From Candidatus Endomicrobiellum glyptotermitis (lineage in GTDB: Bacteria > Elusimicrobiota > Endomicrobiia > Endomicrobiales > Endomicrobiaceae), in NCBI GenBank assembly GCA_031267715.1, contig JAIRYQ010000001.1, positions 30,127 through 94,126 of the forward strand: 64,000 nucleotides of DNA, written 5' to 3'. The translations under genes were made by a program, and so were the position numbers. Below are positions 51,067 to 61,512 of the stretch, piece by piece. The first letter of the stretch is position 1; every line of letters starts with the position of its first letter. Below the pieces are notes generated by a model. That model ran no database searches, was not told where the DNA came from, and was given only the letters and a program-made list of their open reading frames with translations.

Positions 51067-52854
51067 ATGTCTAATATAAGAAATTTTTGCATTATAGCTC
51101 ACATAGATCATGGAAAAAGTACAATTGCTGATAGACTTCTTGAATATACTGGGACAATTTCTCGGAGAGAAATGAAGGATCGAATTCTTGATGGCATGGA
51201 ACTGGAAAGAGAAAAAGGTATAACTATAAAAGCCAAAGCTGTGAGAATGAGCCATGTAAGTAAAAACGGTGAAAAATATATATTTAATTTAATTGACACG
51301 CCAGGGCATGTTGATTTTACATATGAGGTATCAAGGTCTCTTGCTGCATGTGAAGGGGCAATTTTAGTAGTTGATGCAACTCAGGGGGTGGAGGCACAGA
51401 CTCTTGCAAATGCTATATTAGCGAAAAGTGCAAAACTTAAAATTATTCCAGTAATAAATAAGATAGATTTGCCCACTGCCGATATTGAAAGTACTTGTGA
51501 GCAAATAAAAGAAGGACTGGAAATCACTATTCCCCCCGTAATTGTAAGCGCAAAAGAAGGCATAGGGATAAGTGAGATAGTTAACTCACTGATATTAAAA
51601 ATTCCCCCCGCTGAAGTACTGAACGAGAATCCGCTGTCAGCTTTGATCTTTGATTCGTTTTACGATTCTTATCGCGGAGTTGTAGTTATAACAAGGGTTT
51701 TTGATGGAAAAGTCAGAAAGGGAATGAGGATTAGATTTATGGCATCTAATGTAGAACACGAGGTACTTGAAGTTGGATATATGAAGATAAAAATGGTTGA
51801 GTCAGATGAACTTTCATCGGGAGAAGTTGGGTATGTAGTCTCAGGGATAAAAAATATACGTGACATAAAAATTGGCGATACAATTACTGAAAGTATAAAT
51901 CCGACAAAGCATCCACATGAGGGATATAAAGAAATAAATCCTTTTGTTTTTGTGGGGCTTTATCCCAATAGTGTGTCTGAATACAATAATTTGAAAGTTG
52001 CTTTAGGAAAGTTAAGGCTATCAGATTCTTCTCTTGTATTTTATCAAGAGGTTTCAGTGGCTTTGGGTTTTGGATTCAGATGTGGATTTTTAGGATCTTT
52101 GCATTTGGATATAGTTAGAGAAAGACTTGAAAGAGAGTTTGGCTTAAATCTTCTGGTTACGACACCAAATGTTATATATAAAATAAAGTCTAAAGGTAAG
52201 TTTATAACAATAGACAACCCTTCAAAATTTCCAAACGCTTCAGATATTGAAGAAATCTGGGAACCATATGTTAAAACTACAATAATTTCTCCAATTGGTT
52301 TTTTAGGTTCTATTCTTGATTTGTGCCAAAAAAGAAGAGGAAAACAAATACTGATGAAATATATGTCTGCTAAAACTATAATTTTAAGGTATCATATGCC
52401 TCTTGCAGAGGTTATTGTAGGTTTTTATGATGCTTTAAAGTCAGTTTCAAAAGGTTACGCTTCTTTTGATTATGAGCATATTGATCCACAATTGGGAGAT
52501 TTAGTAAAACTTGAAGTCATGATAAATGCAGAAGTTGTTGACGCTTTTACGATTATAACCTGTAGAAGTGACGCACAATCTACATCGCGCTATCTTACTG
52601 AAAAATTGAAGTGTATTATTCCGAGACACATGTTTGAAATTCCAATACAAGCGATGGTGAATAGCAGGGTAATTGCCAGGGAGACTATTTCAGCGGTACG
52701 TAAGGATGTTATTGCGAAGTGTTATGGTGGAGATATAACAAGGAAACGCAAACTTCTTGAGAAACAGAAAGAAGGTAAGCGAAAAATGAGAAAGTTTGGA
52801 AAAGTGGAAATACCACCAGAAGCTTTTATTGCGATGTTAAAAATGAATGAATAA
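51067..52854 (+). CDS. lepA: Elongation factor 4 (LepA)
   Basis: IAHIDHGKST, DTPGHVDF and KCYGGDITRKRKLLEKQKEGK. Confidence 0.98.
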   Translation: MSNIRNFCIIAHIDHGKSTIADRLLEYTGTISRREMKDRILDGMELEREKGITIKAKAVRMSHVSKNGEKYIFNLIDTPGHVDFTYEVSRSLAACEGAILVVDATQGVEAQTLANAILAKSAKLKIIPVINKIDLPTADIESTCEQIKEGLEITIPPVIVSAKEGIGISEIVNSLILKIPPAEVLNENPLSALIFDSFYDSYRGVVVITRVFDGKVRKGMRIRFMASNVEHEVLEVGYMKIKMVESDELSSGEVGYVVSGIKNIRDIKIGDTITESINPTKHPHEGYKEINPFVFVGLYPNSVSEYNNLKVALGKLRLSDSSLVFYQEVSVALGFGFRCGFLGSLHLDIVRERLEREFGLNLLVTTPNVIYKIKSKGKFITIDNPSKFPNASDIEEIWEPYVKTTIISPIGFLGSILDLCQKRRGKQILMKYMSAKTIILRYHMPLAEVIVGFYDALKSVSKGYASFDYEHIDPQLGDLVKLEVMINAEVVDAFTIITCRSDAQSTSRYLTEKLKCIIPRHMFEIPIQAMVNSRVIARETISAVRKDVIAKCYGGDITRKRKLLEKQKEGKRKMRKFGKVEIPPEAFIAMLKMNE

Positions 52855-52898
52855 ACTTAATTTTGTTGTTATGCTCTAGATATAGTTAGGTGGGGAGT

Positions 52899-53340
52899 AT
52901 GTCAATTGGGGTATTTGACAATGGTTATGGTTGCCTATAATATTTTGTATGAGAGTGTTTATCCAAATATGATATAGGATTCGTAATATTTTTGCACTTT
53001 TTACGAAAAAAGAGATACGGAGGGAGCTTGTGTATTGATATGCTCAATAAATATGGCGATTGCAGTCACGGAACATTTACACAAATAAGAGATATTTTTT
53101 TGGATTATATTAGTAGGAATATGTGTGATATGTGGGTTTATGCATGTTGCGTTTTGGAACGTTGTTAAGAGGTCGCGTGTAAATCGTAAAGTCTTATAAA
53201 TATGAAGAGAAGATAAGGGCATATTTTTTGTAGCAACTATAATAAGTAAATGAATAGTATAATTGTGTGGCATACTGCTTGTATTTTTATGGCTGAAATT
53301 TAAAAAACATCCTCAGCATAATTAAGGCATTAAGCTGTTT
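52899..53340 (+). pseudogene. murI: Glutamate racemase pseudogene; 3' boundary approximate
   Basis: GGGGAG RBS, then ATG: MSIGVFDNGYGCL* followed by LSKYD. This matches the MurI N-terminus (IGVFDSGxGGL...LPxYD). The remainder is eroded and deleted. Confidence 0.65.
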
Positions 53341-53388
53341 ACTTTGTAGTGCAATATATTGTAATTGTATAGAGGTAGGAGTGTAGCC

Positions 53389-54156
53389 ATGGAGTTAAAA
53401 CTTTTTCTCGTCGGTTGTATTTTTTTTATTGTGGCTATGTTTATGCTTGCGATAAAAAAGTATTTTAAAACTCCGTTATCTCAAAAATATTTTAAAAAAA
53501 TCTATTCTTGGATTGGTACATTTTGGTCTGCTCTCGTAATGGCTTCTTTTGTTATGTTTTTTTTTATACAGGCTTTTAAAATTCCGTCTGGTAGTATGAG
53601 AAATACTCTTCTTGAAGGTGATCATCTTTTTGTAAATAAATTTATTTACGGTTTTCGTGTTCCTTTTATCAGTATTGGAAAACGATTTGCCGCTCTAAAG
53701 AATATTGAAAGGGGAGATATAGTTGTTTTTCAATCTCCTCCCGAAGCTTTAGGTGGGCACGGTGGAATAAAAAAAGACTATATAAAGAGGTGTGTGGCTA
53801 TTGCAGGGGATGAGGTTAGGATGAAGGATAAGGTCCTTTTTGTAAATGGAATGCGTGTTGATAGCTCTTATGTGATTTTTTGTGATCCTTTTGTCTTTCA
53901 AAAGATTGATTTGTTTAGAGATATGAAAAAGTACCAGCAAGCTTGGGAGCAAGGTAAGTTTGTCTCAATTCCAGCATTTTTTGTAAGAGATAACTTTGGG
54001 CCTGTGATTGTCCCTAAAGGGCATTATATGATGATTGGTGACAATAGAGACTTTTCTTTTGACTCGCGGTTTTGGGGACCATTGTCTGACAAGTATGTAA
54101 AAGGCAAGGCATTGTTTTTATACTGGCCAATTAAACGTTGGAGGATGATATTATGA
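53389..54156 (+). CDS. lepB: Signal peptidase I
   Basis: IPSGSM, DYIKRC and GDNRDFSFDSRFWG. Confidence 0.95.
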   Translation: MELKLFLVGCIFFIVAMFMLAIKKYFKTPLSQKYFKKIYSWIGTFWSALVMASFVMFFFIQAFKIPSGSMRNTLLEGDHLFVNKFIYGFRVPFISIGKRFAALKNIERGDIVVFQSPPEALGGHGGIKKDYIKRCVAIAGDEVRMKDKVLFVNGMRVDSSYVIFCDPFVFQKIDLFRDMKKYQQAWEQGKFVSIPAFFVRDNFGPVIVPKGHYMMIGDNRDFSFDSRFWGPLSDKYVKGKALFLYWPIKRWRMIL

Positions 54157-54581
54157 CTTGGATTACTTGGCTTATAGTTTCTATTACACTTATAATTTTT
54201 GAGATTATCGTGCAATCATTTTTTTTCTTTTTTTGTCTTTCCGTTGGTTCTACATTTGCGGCAATGATATCTTACCTTAATATTTCATATTGGATTGAAT
54301 TTGCTGTTTTCGTAGTTGCTTCTGTTGCGTCTATATATTTTATAGGACCTGTATTAAAAAGAGTTTTTGGTGAATCTAAGATGATAAATTCTAATGTGGA
54401 TGCTCTTATTGGAGAGAATGCTGTGGTCGTTGAAAAAGTGACTCCTTTGAAATCTGGTTTTGTAAAGATTTTAGGTGAGATATGGAGGGCTAAGTCTGAT
54501 ATAGAGTTTGAATCAGGGGATATAGTGAGAATAAAAAATATTAGCGGAACAACGCTTATTATAATGGCAGTGAAAGACTAA
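54153..54581 (+). CDS. NfeD-like protein
   Basis: Hydrophobic N-terminus and LIGENAVV...GEIWRA OB-fold. Adjacent to the SPFH gene. Confidence 0.85.
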   Translation: MTWITWLIVSITLIIFEIIVQSFFFFFCLSVGSTFAAMISYLNISYWIEFAVFVVASVASIYFIGPVLKRVFGESKMINSNVDALIGENAVVVEKVTPLKSGFVKILGEIWRAKSDIEFESGDIVRIKNISGTTLIIMAVKD

Positions 54582-54685
54582 AGAAGCATGTACTCGCTTT
54601 TAATACATGGATGCGTAAGTGACATATGAAGTAATTAATAAATAAAAATCAAATGTTTATAAATATTAAAAAATGGGAGGTTGGT

Positions 54686-55606
54686 ATGTTTACGCTTGTT
54701 ACGATGCTTATTGTTTTTGCTATTATTTTTATAGCTAATTCTATAAAAATAATAAGGCAATATGAAAAGGGACTTGTTGAAACTTTGGGCAGATATATGG
54801 GGACAAGGAACCCTGGAGCGAATGTTATAATTCCGATATTTCAAAGAATGCTAAGGGTTGATATGAGAGAACGAGTCATTGATGTTCCTCCTCAAAGTGT
54901 CATTACTAAAGATAATGTTTCCGTAATTGTAGATGCTATTATTTATTTTCAAGTTACTGATCCCGTGAAAGTTGTTTATAATATTGAAAATTTTGCACTA
55001 GCTGCTTTAAAACTTGCGCAAACAAATTTAAGAAATGTAATTGGTGATATGGAATTGGATAGCACGCTTACCTCTAGGGAAAAAATAAATACCCAATTGA
55101 GAGTTGTAATGGATGAAGCTACTGACAAATGGGGAGTAAAAGTTACGAGAGTTGAGATACAGAAGATAGATCCCCCGAGGGATATTACAGATGCTATGTC
55201 GAAACAAATGAAAGCTGAAAGGGAAAAGAGAGCAAATATTTTAGAAGCAGAAGGTTTAAGGCAGGCGGCAATTCTTAAGGCAGAGGGTGCAAAACAAGCT
55301 GTTATTCTTGATGCAGAAGCTGTAAATGAAAAGCAAGTTTTAGAAGCTACCGGGGAGGCGGAAGCTATAAAAAAAGTTGCAGAAGCTGAAAAATATAAAA
55401 TTGAAGTGGTATATAATGCTATACACGAAGGTAAGCCTACTAATGACCTTATCGCCATTAAATATCTTGAGGCACTTGGAAAAGTTGCCGATGGACAGGC
55501 GACAAAAATTTTTCTGCCATTGGAAACTTCTGGGGTCACGGCTTCACTTGGTGGTATAGCGGAACTCTTTAAAGATACTCCAAAAAAGTTAGAAAAATCA
55601 GTTTAG
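54686..55606 (+). CDS. SPFH/band 7 (QmcA-like) protein
   Basis: PPQSVITKDNV, LRNVIG, KWGVKVTRVE and MKAEREKRA. GGAGG RBS. Confidence 0.92.
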   Translation: MFTLVTMLIVFAIIFIANSIKIIRQYEKGLVETLGRYMGTRNPGANVIIPIFQRMLRVDMRERVIDVPPQSVITKDNVSVIVDAIIYFQVTDPVKVVYNIENFALAALKLAQTNLRNVIGDMELDSTLTSREKINTQLRVVMDEATDKWGVKVTRVEIQKIDPPRDITDAMSKQMKAEREKRANILEAEGLRQAAILKAEGAKQAVILDAEAVNEKQVLEATGEAEAIKKVAEAEKYKIEVVYNAIHEGKPTNDLIAIKYLEALGKVADGQATKIFLPLETSGVTASLGGIAELFKDTPKKLEKSV

Positions 55607-55956
55607 ATAATCCTTATATATTTATTGTGGATTTTTTTTGCCATGATTATGATCTGTATCTTTTTAGTGATCGTAATTTATGGGATGATATGCGGATGTA
55701 GTTATGACGGCGAGGCTAGCAGTTTTGTTGCTAGGTGTGTAGGAGAGAGACGAAGAGGGGAGGGGTATAAAACACATTAAAGTTGTTCTACGGCTTTTTT
55801 GTTAACAGTGGGGCATAATATAGAGAGAAGAATGACCACGCGAGAAACATTCGCATAAAATCAAGTTCTTCCCTCCGTTTGTGCGGTGGTTATAAAAAAC
55901 TTTTACTTGTTTGTGTCAAAGGGATGATGACGGATAAACCGTGCAGCGCAAGTTCT

Positions 55957-57039
55957 ATGCTTGGTCTATATATTCACGTACCTTTTTGTAGTCAAAAATG
56001 TCTTTACTGCAATTTTTTTTCTGTGCGATATAATGATGTTTTGGCGAACAAATATGTTTGTGCTTTGTCAAGGCATGCGGCGAAATTTAAGGGTAAAAAG
56101 ATAGATTCAGTGTATATAGGCGGTGGAACACCGTCAGTTTTGTCCTTAAGACAGTTGCAACAGCTTTCACAATCATTGCATGGGACTTTTGATATCTCAG
56201 AAGTTCGGGAATTTACATTTGAATTGAATCCGGAATCTGTTTCAAAAGAGAAATTGCGTTTTCTTAGAGAAATTGGAGTAAATAGGTTGAGTGTGGGACT
56301 TCAATCCGTTGAAGATATGTCTCTGAAGTTTTTAGGGAGATTGCACGATTTTAAAACTTTTTGCAGCGTTTATGATATGGCTAGAAAAGAAAATTTTGAT
56401 AACATAAACATTGATTTAATATACGGCTTACCAAATCAAACATTAAGAGATTGGGAACAAGTTATAAAAAAGACTTTGGCTTTTAATAGTGAGCACTTGT
56501 CTCTTTATCCTTTATCAGTAGAGAGGAACACTCCATTTTATAGAAGTAACGTTATCACGTGTGACGATGTTCAAAGACATATGTACGATCGAGCTGCAGA
56601 AGATTTAGCAAATAAAGGATATATTCATTATGAGGTTTCAAATTGGTCTAAACAAAATAGAGAATCTTTTCATAACACGAATTATTGGCGTAATTTTGAA
56701 TATTTGGGTCTTGGTGCTGGAGCTGCAGGATATTTAGGAAGGGAAAGATATAAAAATATTGAAGATGTTAGTAGATATGTAGATTTATTAAAAGATGGGT
56801 GTAATGTTGAAATTGAAAATGAATATATTGATGGTAAGATTTATGAAGTGGAAACCATTATATTGGGCTTAAGACTTTTGAATGAAGGATTGGATGTTAG
56901 TTATTTTAAGAAACCTAAACATTATAGTGTACTTTTAGAGTGCTTAGAAGATGGAACGCTAAAAATAGAATATGATAAAGTAAAACTTACTGAAAAGTGT
57001 GTTTTTATTTTTAATCATATTGCTTCAAAATTCGTCTAA
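55957..57039 (+). CDS. hemW: Radical SAM heme chaperone HemW (HemN-like)
   Basis: LYIHVPFCSQKCLYCNF, GGGTPS, YEVSNW and HNTNYW. Confidence 0.9.
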   Translation: MLGLYIHVPFCSQKCLYCNFFSVRYNDVLANKYVCALSRHAAKFKGKKIDSVYIGGGTPSVLSLRQLQQLSQSLHGTFDISEVREFTFELNPESVSKEKLRFLREIGVNRLSVGLQSVEDMSLKFLGRLHDFKTFCSVYDMARKENFDNINIDLIYGLPNQTLRDWEQVIKKTLAFNSEHLSLYPLSVERNTPFYRSNVITCDDVQRHMYDRAAEDLANKGYIHYEVSNWSKQNRESFHNTNYWRNFEYLGLGAGAAGYLGRERYKNIEDVSRYVDLLKDGCNVEIENEYIDGKIYEVETIILGLRLLNEGLDVSYFKKPKHYSVLLECLEDGTLKIEYDKVKLTEKCVFIFNHIASKFV

Positions 57040-57226
57040 TAAGAATTTTTGCATAAATTTGTCTTTTCGGGTTTTTAAAATGTAAATATTATTGGTCCTT
57101 CTCATATAGAAACACAAAAAAGTTTTACATCTTTAGTAAAAATTGCAAAGATGTTCAGATGGGTTATGTGGTTTTGCTCTCTTGCCTTTGTTTAACTTAT
57201 TTGAAGGAATAAATGGTGGTGATTAA

Positions 57227-59845
57227 ATGTTAAAAAGTATTTTAAATGCTATTTTTGGCTCTCAAAACAAGAGAGATGTAATGGCTGTGAAACCTATAGT
57301 AGAGAAAGTAAATGCTTTTGAAGCTCATATAAAAAAACTTTCAGATTGTGAATTAAAATCAAAAACTTTTGAATTTAGAATGCGTCTTTCTAAAGGCGAA
57401 ACCCTTGATGATATTTTGCCTGAGGCTTTTGCCTGTGTTAGGGAAACTTCGTCTAGAACAATAGGTTTAAGACACTTTGATGTGCAGATAATAGGTGGAT
57501 ATATTCTGCATAAAGGTAAAATTGCTGAAATGAAAACAGGCGAGGGTAAAACTTTGGTTGCCACTCTTGCGGCATATCTTAACGCTTTACTTCAGAAAGG
57601 AGTACATATAGTAACTGTCAACGATTATCTTGCTAGAAGGGATAGAGAATGGATGGGCGTAATTTATGAGAGGCTTGGACTTACGGTTGGGAGTGTTGAG
57701 CATGAAACGAAAAACGAAGATAGAAGAGTAGCTTATAACTGTGATGTAACTTACGTTACGAATAACGAACTTGGGTTTGATTATTTAAGAGATAATATGG
57801 TTATCACGAAAGAAGATAGAGTTCTTCGACCTCTAAACTATGCAATCATAGATGAGGTTGATTCAATTTTAATCGACGAAGCCAGGACGCCTCTCATCAT
57901 TTCTGGTGCAGTTGAACAATCAACCGATAAATATTATACGTCGAATAGAATTGTCTCCAACCTTACTGGAAGAAAAATTACCGAAAATGAAGAAATAAAA
58001 GCGAAATATGAAGGTGTTGATTTAACGAAAGGTTGTGATTATGTTATTGATGAGAAAAATCATTCGATTGTTTTAACGGAACAAGGTATTCAGAAAACTG
58101 AAAAAATATTGGGTCTGAAAGATATTTATGATGATCTACAGTCTGAATGGGTACATCATATAAAGCAGGCTGTGAGGGCCTGTAATTTATATCATAGAGA
58201 TGTCGAGTATGTAGTAAAAGGTGGCGAGATTATTATTGTGGATGAATTTACAGGAAGGCTTATGCCTGGAAGGAGATGGTCCGATGGGCTTCATCAGGCA
58301 ATTGAAGCAAAAGAAAACTTAAAAATTGCAGATGAAAACCAAACACTTGCAACGATAACGTTTCAAAATTTTTTCAGAATGTATGAAAAAATTGCAGGCA
58401 TGACGGGAACGGCTGCAACAGAATCTGCTGAATTTTGGGAAATTTATAAGCTTGGCGTTGTTGAAGTGCCGACGAATAATGCTATGATAAGAAAAGACTA
58501 TCCTGACGTAATATACAGGACTGAAAAAGAGAAATATAACGCTATAATAGTTGAGATTGAATCTACATGGAAAAAAGGCCAACCTGTTCTTGTGGGCACA
58601 AGGTCAATAGAAAAATCTGAAAAAATTGCGACAATGCTTAGAAAAAAAGGGATCCCTCATCAAGTCTTGAACGCTAAGTATCATGAGCTTGAAGCGCAAA
58701 TTATTGCTGGTGCAGGTGTTAAAAATGCAGTTACAATAGCTACAAATATGGCTGGCAGAGGAACAGATATTGTTCTTGGAAAAGGCGATCCGGTCCAAAA
58801 TGAAGAAGTTAAAAAATATGGCGGACTTCACATAGTAGGTACGGAAAGGCACGAATCAAGAAGAATAGACAATCAGTTAAGAGGTCGTGCGGGAAGACAG
58901 GGCGATCCGGGCTCCTCTAAGTTTTTCCTTTCCATGGAAGATGAACTTATGCGCCTTTTTGGTTCTGATAAAATGTCTATTGTAATGCAAAAACTTGGAT
59001 TGAAAGAAGGAGAAGATCTTCAGCATCTTTGGATATCAAAGGCCGTAGAGGGTGCGCAAAAAAAAGTTGAAGGTATGAATTTTGACATAAGAAAACAGCT
59101 TATAGATTTTGATAACGTTATAAATAAACAAAGAGAAGCCGTTTATGGGTTAAGAAATAAAATTCTCGATGGTGGAGATGTGACAGGCGTAATTAAAGAT
59201 ATGATAGACGAATCTGTTAGAGAGAAAGTTTCATCATTGGCGGTTGAAAAATACTCAGAAGAGTTAGATTGGGGGGGCATAAAGGAATGGCTACTCAAGA
59301 TGTTTGGTATTAAATATGAGATTGAAAATAAAAATGAAGTAAGCTTTATGAGTAAAGAAGCTGTTCAATCTAGCATCTTTGAAGAAATTCTTAAAGTTTA
59401 TGATAAAAGGCAAGAGCAGTTTACATCGGAAGTTATGTTTAACTTACAAAGAATGATATTTTTGCAAATGATAGATTCTTCATGGAAAGATCAATTATAT
59501 GAGCTTGATCAGCTAAGGCAAGGTATTGCTTATAGAGCTTATGCTCAAAAAGATCCAAAGATTGAATATCAAAAAGAGTCTTTTGTTTTGTTTGAGTCTA
59601 TGATGAAAAGAATAAGAGAAAATACAATAGAATATATATTTAAAATTCAAGTTGATGTAGAGCCGCATGAAATGACAAAATCACGGGATTTTAAATCGAA
59701 TAAAAAAAACTTTAATTTTGAGAAAAATATACTGAATAAACAGAATGAAATTAATAAAGATCTGAGAAAAATAAAAATAGGAAGGAATGATCCGTGCCCT
59801 TGTGGAAGTAGTAAAAAATATAAAAGATGCTGTGGCGTATCTTAA
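57227..59845 (+). CDS. secA: Preprotein translocase SecA
   Basis: MKTGEGKT, DEVDSILIDEARTP, ATNMAGRG and SEC-C motif GRNDPCPCGSSKKYKRCCG. Confidence 0.98.
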   Translation: MLKSILNAIFGSQNKRDVMAVKPIVEKVNAFEAHIKKLSDCELKSKTFEFRMRLSKGETLDDILPEAFACVRETSSRTIGLRHFDVQIIGGYILHKGKIAEMKTGEGKTLVATLAAYLNALLQKGVHIVTVNDYLARRDREWMGVIYERLGLTVGSVEHETKNEDRRVAYNCDVTYVTNNELGFDYLRDNMVITKEDRVLRPLNYAIIDEVDSILIDEARTPLIISGAVEQSTDKYYTSNRIVSNLTGRKITENEEIKAKYEGVDLTKGCDYVIDEKNHSIVLTEQGIQKTEKILGLKDIYDDLQSEWVHHIKQAVRACNLYHRDVEYVVKGGEIIIVDEFTGRLMPGRRWSDGLHQAIEAKENLKIADENQTLATITFQNFFRMYEKIAGMTGTAATESAEFWEIYKLGVVEVPTNNAMIRKDYPDVIYRTEKEKYNAIIVEIESTWKKGQPVLVGTRSIEKSEKIATMLRKKGIPHQVLNAKYHELEAQIIAGAGVKNAVTIATNMAGRGTDIVLGKGDPVQNEEVKKYGGLHIVGTERHESRRIDNQLRGRAGRQGDPGSSKFFLSMEDELMRLFGSDKMSIVMQKLGLKEGEDLQHLWISKAVEGAQKKVEGMNFDIRKQLIDFDNVINKQREAVYGLRNKILDGGDVTGVIKDMIDESVREKVSSLAVEKYSEELDWGGIKEWLLKMFGIKYEIENKNEVSFMSKEAVQSSIFEEILKVYDKRQEQFTSEVMFNLQRMIFLQMIDSSWKDQLYELDQLRQGIAYRAYAQKDPKIEYQKESFVLFESMMKRIRENTIEYIFKIQVDVEPHEMTKSRDFKSNKKNFNFEKNILNKQNEINKDLRKIKIGRNDPCPCGSSKKYKRCCGVS

Positions 59846-60279
59846 TAAAGAATTTGTTTGTGAGTGGATGTTTTTAATTACTTAAATTTTGTTGTTCCCC
59901 TCTGTTAAAAAAAGGACAAATCTGATAAGAAGGTTTTTAAAGTAGTATTGTGTAATAACCTTAATTACATAAAATTTTTACAAACTTGTAAGATTAATTC
60001 AATAAAAACTATAAGATTTTTAGAAGGTTTTTTTTGGCAAGCTTTATTTACGATAATGTTTTTTGAGCGTTTTTAATTACATGTGTGTAAGTTCGATCTA
60101 ATTTTGGATAAAAAAGAGTTTGGCAATGTATGTATGATATGAAGATAAAATTGAATTGCAAGAGTATTGTACTTTTGTAAGTATCACAGAACTTTTGGCT
60201 GCATACGCATCTCCTAGATTTAATTTGTTTTTTTGATATGTATGGCCTTATAGTTTTTATCAATACAATACGGTCTTTA

Positions 60280-61420
60280 CGATCTTTTTTACTAATGAAG
60301 ACGGGATTAAAAAATTCTTTTTTATGTTTTTCTTGGTTTATTTTTAATATATCTGGACTTTACTGGTTTTTTTCAGTACTTTACTTTATATTTTAACGGC
60401 TCTTGTGTTGTTATGTTACACAAGTCACACGCACAAATATGAGATTGGATTGCATCTTACGCTTTGTAGACTTATATTGTATACCCATTTGTGTACTTTG
60501 GGAAGGCATGGGGTTTATATGCCTAAATTCATTAATTTTAAAGAATATTTTAAAAAATGTTTTTTACTCAAATATTCTTTTGGATTTTTTTGCTTCATAT
60601 ATGTGTGTTTTACTTGACTATGTGAGAGCATGCTTACTTTTGGTGTATGACAGCGTGTCTTTTTTTTGGTAGTATTTTGTGGTTTGTGTTTTTATATTTC
60701 AAGAAAAAGAAAATTTAAAATGTTTATTTACGATTTTATTGTTTATTTTTGGGCTTTCAATATTTGGGCTCTGGACAGGAGCTGATGAATTCAGATTCCC
60801 AGGTAATCGAAAATTTACCATTGCTATCGTGTATAATAAAACGTGTCATTATAAAAGATGGGATTAAGAATTATATAGGTAGTGTTTTGCTTAGTCTTTA
60901 AAAATATTCCTCTGAAAAACCCAATAAATCAGATCTGATTTATTGGGTTTGGGCTTAAGATTGTACTTTATATGGTTCTATTAATAAAGATGATTTTGCA
61001 AAGTAGATAATAAATATTTCCGGCGTAGTTTTAATATTATTGATTTTTTTTACACTGATGAGAAAAAAACTTTAATGCTGTTTTAGCTTTTAAAAACGGC
61101 ACTTCTGAGGCGGGGCTGTGCATGAGAAAAACTATTTGATGATTTTTGAAGAGAGTCTGCGGTGTTCCGTTAAGGCTTTATTTTCAAGTTTTTTGATGTT
61201 TAAAGCCAGATTAATGATTTGGCGAAAAGTGAGGATACTGAAATTTTTAGAAATAATAAGATAAGTATAGGATCGACCATATGTTTCGAGAATTTTTCTG
61301 CTTTTTTACGTATCAAAAATTTTTACAAGTCATGTGAATGACGTATGGCTTTTTGATACGGCGTAGTTATATTAGCGTTTTATGATGAAGGTATATTTTT
61401 AGAGCAGTTGGAAATCGTTA
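60280..61420 (+). pseudogene. lnt: Apolipoprotein N-acyltransferase pseudogene; boundaries approximate
   Basis: Hydrophobic fragments plus VLLDYVRA, ESAV (about 61153), GSTICFENF (about 61270), NDVWLFD (about 61337) and RAVGN (about 61401) match Lnt motifs WPE, ICYE, NDAWF and RAVE in order. The secA-lnt-prfB order fits. Confidence 0.75.
60917..60950. repeat. Perfect 34-bp palindrome
   Basis: aaacccaataaatcagatctgatttattgggttt equals its own reverse complement. Confidence 0.95.
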
Positions 61421-61512
61421 CAGGGTGGATACAACAATTAAACTTGAAGTTTTTAAAACTTCGCGCGGTTTATTGATAAGTTTATACAATAAATGATAAG
61501 GGTCTATATAAA

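Noticed and set aside
54976-55539. 187-aa antisense ORF and the many other short opposite-strand ORFs
   Set aside because: They are shadows of real genes on the other strand and have no motifs.
55610-55950. Nudix-box-like fragment and extended hemW N-terminus
   Set aside because: The motif is too degenerate, and hemW most plausibly starts at 55957.
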